Of a stretch of 64,000 nt of DNA, positions 61,160-64,000 are shown one piece after another. This DNA is from Opitutia bacterium (GTDB lineage Bacteria > Verrucomicrobiota > Verrucomicrobiia > Opitutales > Opitutaceae). Numbering within the stretch: position 1 is the stretch's first letter; each line of letters begins with the position of its first letter. The position numbers and the translations under genes are program-made. The notes beneath the pieces were generated by a model. That model ran no database searches, was not told the origin of the DNA, and saw only the letters and a program-made list of their open reading frames with translations. The stretch spans positions 32,001-96,000 of the forward strand of contig CANJVR010000002.1 in the NCBI GenBank assembly GCA_947478395.1, read 5' to 3'.

Positions 61160-61270
61160 GCGCTAGATTTCGCGCCGGAGTCGGGCGCGCGCAAGCGGGG
61201 AAATTCGCCCTTGACCCTCCCGGGGCCACGCCTACTTCTGACCCTTTAACCGTCGTCCCATTCCCGCTCC

Positions 61271-61471
61271 ATGAGAGAAGATTACATCAAACAAGCCGCT
61301 GCAAAAATCACCGATCCCAACGTCCTCATCAACGTGGTCTCGCTTCGGGTGAAGCAGTTGAAACGGGGCAACCGCCCGCTGGTCGAGTCTTTGGAAAAGC
61401 TGTCGTCCGAAGATACCGCGTTGCGCGAGATCATCGAGGGCAAGATCGGCTACGAGGCGCTGAGCGCCTGA
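61271..61471 (+). CDS. rpoZ: RNA polymerase omega subunit
   Basis: LINVVSLRVKQLKRG.RPLV...ALREIIEGKI. Confidence 0.88.
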   Translation: MREDYIKQAAAKITDPNVLINVVSLRVKQLKRGNRPLVESLEKLSSEDTALREIIEGKIGYEALSA

Positions 61472-61487
61472 GTGACCGGATCGATTT

Positions 61488-61534
61488 AAGGCGGCGCGAT
61501 CTGCTCCATGGCAGAATTGGCGCCGCCTTTTTTT
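61488..61534 (+). terminator. Rho-independent terminator after rpoZ
   Basis: AAGGCGGCGC...GCGCCGCCTT followed by a T tract. Confidence 0.75.
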
Positions 61535-61562
61535 GTGCGTATATTTTTCGCAGACTAAACTG

Positions 61563-62039
61563 ATGGCCGCACAAAAAAAAGATGCCGTACGCTTCACGGA
61601 GATTCGCAACGCGAAGGCGTTTCGGGATTACACCGTCGACGAACGTTTTGAGGCCGGTGTGCAATTGCGCGGTACCGAGGTGAAGTCGATCCGGGCGGGA
61701 CGCGCGCAGATCACGGATGCGTTTGGCCGCGTCGAGCACGGCGAGCTGTGGATGCACAACGCGCACATCGAGGCGTACGCGTTTGGTAATATCAACAACC
61801 ACGATTCGAAACGCACCCGAAAGCTGCTCCTGCACAAACATCAACTGCGGAAAATTGCGCAGGCGCTCGACGCGGGCGGGCGCGCGCTGATTCCGTTGCG
61901 GATGTATTTCAAGGAGGCGCTGGTGAAAGTCGAAGTCGCGCTCTGCACCGGCAAACACCTTTACGACAAGCGCGACGATTTGAAACAAAAGGCCGAAATG
62001 CGTGAAGTGACTAAAGCCATGAAGATTCGACGCGGATGA
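61563..62039 (+). CDS. smpB: SsrA-binding protein
   Basis: NAKAFRDY, EAGVQLRGTEVKSIR, RKLLLHK, GKHLYDKR. Confidence 0.97.
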   Translation: MAAQKKDAVRFTEIRNAKAFRDYTVDERFEAGVQLRGTEVKSIRAGRAQITDAFGRVEHGELWMHNAHIEAYAFGNINNHDSKRTRKLLLHKHQLRKIAQALDAGGRALIPLRMYFKEALVKVEVALCTGKHLYDKRDDLKQKAEMREVTKAMKIRRG

Positions 62040-62965
62040 AACCGATCCTGAACGAGGTTACGGTGACCGTGCCCGGCAGTACCTCCAACTGCGGCGCGGG
62101 TTTCGATACGCTCGGGCTCGCGCTCAGCGTTTATAATCGCGTCACGCTTACGCGCGCCGCGACGGAGGCGAGCCCCCGACCCCAAACGGAAAGCGATGCT
62201 CGCGCCGCCAGGATGGTCGCGGACACGGCGGCGTCGTTTTTTCGTACCACGGGCCGGAACTTCGAAGGTTTTGTCTACGCGATTTCGGGTGATGTGCCGC
62301 CGGCTCGCGGGCTGGGATCGAGTGTGACGGTGATCGCGGGTATCCTCGCGGGGCTCGACGCCTTGCACGGCACCAATCTTTCAAAGCACGAACTCGTCCG
62401 CATCGCCACCGAACTGGAAGGTCATCCGGACAACGCGAGCGCGGGAATTCTCGGCGGATTTTGTGTGTCACGCTGCGATCCGACGAGCGGAGCATACCGC
62501 GATACGCTGCGCTTCGCGCTGCCGGCGACGCTGGCTTTCGTCGTCGTATCGCCGCGCCTGGAACTGCTCACGAAGGAGTCGCGTGGCGTGTTGCCGTCTA
62601 CGCTGCCGTATTTCGACGCGGTGAAGAGCATCAACAGCGCGACCTATTTCGTGGCGGCGATGGTCTCGGGCGACTACGCGCGGCTGCGCGACGCCGGCGG
62701 CGATTTCATGCACGAACCGTACCGCTTGCCAAAGATTCCGGGCGCGACTGCGGCTATTGCAGCCGGTGTGGCGTCGGGAGCGTTGACTGGCTGGCTCAGT
62801 GGCAGCGGATCGAGTGTACTGTGCTTGGCGGAACGCGGCGCGGCGCCGGTAGTCGCCAGCGCGATGACCGCGGCGTTCACGGCGGCCGGCATTCAAAGCG
62901 ACGCGAGAATCTTGTCGGCCGATAACGAAGGCCTGCGCCTAAGCGTCGGTCCGAACAAGCGATAA
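62036..62965 (+). CDS. thrB: Homoserine kinase
   Basis: VPGSTSNCGAGFDTLG, PPARGLGSS, EGHPDN, HEPYR, SGSGS. Confidence 0.94.
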   Translation: MKPILNEVTVTVPGSTSNCGAGFDTLGLALSVYNRVTLTRAATEASPRPQTESDARAARMVADTAASFFRTTGRNFEGFVYAISGDVPPARGLGSSVTVIAGILAGLDALHGTNLSKHELVRIATELEGHPDNASAGILGGFCVSRCDPTSGAYRDTLRFALPATLAFVVVSPRLELLTKESRGVLPSTLPYFDAVKSINSATYFVAAMVSGDYARLRDAGGDFMHEPYRLPKIPGATAAIAAGVASGALTGWLSGSGSSVLCLAERGAAPVVASAMTAAFTAAGIQSDARILSADNEGLRLSVGPNKR

Positions 62966-63029
62966 GCCGGCGCGCGGTCTCACGGGACTATAGTGATCCG
63001 GTTCGGCGATTGAGCCGAAAGCATCGGAA

Positions 63030-63488
63030 TTATCCGAGGGAGGCATCAGCCCCACCGGTCGTACGCCGCAGTCGCGGCGGATTAGCGCCGGGCCAGACGC
63101 GAATCACTTCTCTGGCCAGCTCGCGCCAGCCAAACGGTTTCGCCAAGCGGCTTTTCAAAGACGGGACCTGCCCGACTGCATCGTCGTAGTCCGGCATGTT
63201 ATCTCCCGTATTGAGTATGAAAGCGGCGTCGGGCAGCAGGGGCGTCGCTGCGCGGATAAATTCGAGGCCGTTGATTTTCGGCAAATGGTAGTCCGTCACC
63301 ACGACGCTGGGCTTGAGCAGCGGCAAAGCGGTGAGGGCGTCGACCGGGCGGTCGAACACGTGAACGGTGCACTCCAAGTTTTGAGTCAGGAGCTTTGCAA
63401 GCAGATCGGCGTAGAATTTTTCGTCGTCGACTATGGCCACGGTGGGGCAGTTATCGGTGCTCACGGTGTTTGGGGTTAACTGTCGCAA
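63030..63488 (-). CDS. Stand-alone response regulator receiver protein
   Basis: AIVDDE, VTDYHLPKINGLEF, NTG, AKPF; TTG start uncertain. Confidence 0.85.
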   Translation of the reverse strand: MRQLTPNTVSTDNCPTVAIVDDEKFYADLLAKLLTQNLECTVHVFDRPVDALTALPLLKPSVVVTDYHLPKINGLEFIRAATPLLPDAAFILNTGDNMPDYDDAVGQVPSLKSRLAKPFGWRELAREVIRVWPGANPPRLRRTTGGADASLG

Positions 63489-63562
63489 GTACTTTATTTA
63501 CATCATTAAACGCGGAATATGTGATACGCTTGCATAAGTATTTCGCGTTGGGAGAGTGGGAT

Positions 63563-64000
63563 ATGATTCACGTGGTCCTCTTTCAACCCGAAATTCCGCA
63601 GAACACGGGAAATATTGGCCGGATGTGTGCGCTCACCTGCTCGCGCCTGCACCTGATTCACCCGCTCGGTTTTGTGATCAACGACCGAAATTTGCGGCGC
63701 GCGGGCATGGATTATTGGAAGTCACTCGACGTGCACGAGCATGCCGATTGGCCGGCCTTTCGCGCGAGTCAGCAGGGGCCGAAACGTTTGTGGCTTTTTA
63801 CGACCAAAACGAACCGGAGTTTCTGGGACGTCGAGTTCGCCGATGGTGATGGTTTGGTTTTCGGCAACGAAGGTTCGGGCGCTCCCGCTTGGTTGCACGA
63901 AGAGATCGGCGAGCGGCAGCGCGCGACAATTCCGCATGCGAACGGCGCGTTGCGGTCGCTCAACCTCAGCACGGCGGCCGGGGTGGCGACGTACGAAGCG
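63563..64000 (+). CDS. trmL: tRNA (cytidine(34)-2'-O)-methyltransferase, 3' end runs off the window
   Basis: Manual translation MIHVVLFQPEIPQNTGNIGR...LRRAGMDYW...VFGNEGSG...RSLNLS; absent from the ORF track. Confidence 0.93.
   Translation, partial: MIHVVLFQPEIPQNTGNIGRMCALTCSRLHLIHPLGFVINDRNLRRAGMDYWKSLDVHEHADWPAFRASQQGPKRLWLFTTKTNRSFWDVEFADGDGLVFGNEGSGAPAWLHEEIGERQRATIPHANGALRSLNLSTAAGVATYEA

Noticed and set aside
61472..63562. tmRNA near smpB
   Set aside because: No GGGG...CCACCA tRNA-like ends and no intergenic space long enough.

Overview
GC-rich bacterial chromosome segment, most likely from an Opitutaceae/Verrucomicrobia (PVC) organism. This rests on the PVC small basic signature protein, a PVC-type heme-binding protein and DUF1080. 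It holds about 47 CDS: housekeeping genes (metG, menF, menD, trpE, glmS, glgC, lgt, gcvT/H, speA, yajC-secDF-recJ, hpf, gltX, glnS, rpoZ, smpB, thrB, trmL) interleaved with secreted carbohydrate-active enzymes (GH42, GH2, Ogl-like, CE15-like, esterase). There are also two tRNA-Arg genes and an internally deleted M14-peptidase pseudogene. I recognised no CRISPR array, integrase, transposase or phage genes. The most unusual signal is non-coding: a set of small intergenic repeat families. Family A (7 copies) is a GTAG-type REP doublet wrapped in 13-bp TA-ended terminal inverted repeats. Family B is a TTAAGCGCGAAG...CTTCGCGCTTAA element seen empty, carrying an A copy, and stretched around a 1.25-kb cargo with a DUF429 gene. 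Other candidates are a split, apparently exported 'MFS/spermidine synthase' pair and an enolase-DUF1080-PVC heme protein operon next to tRNA-Arg. All product calls come from motif recognition by eye; no database searches were run.
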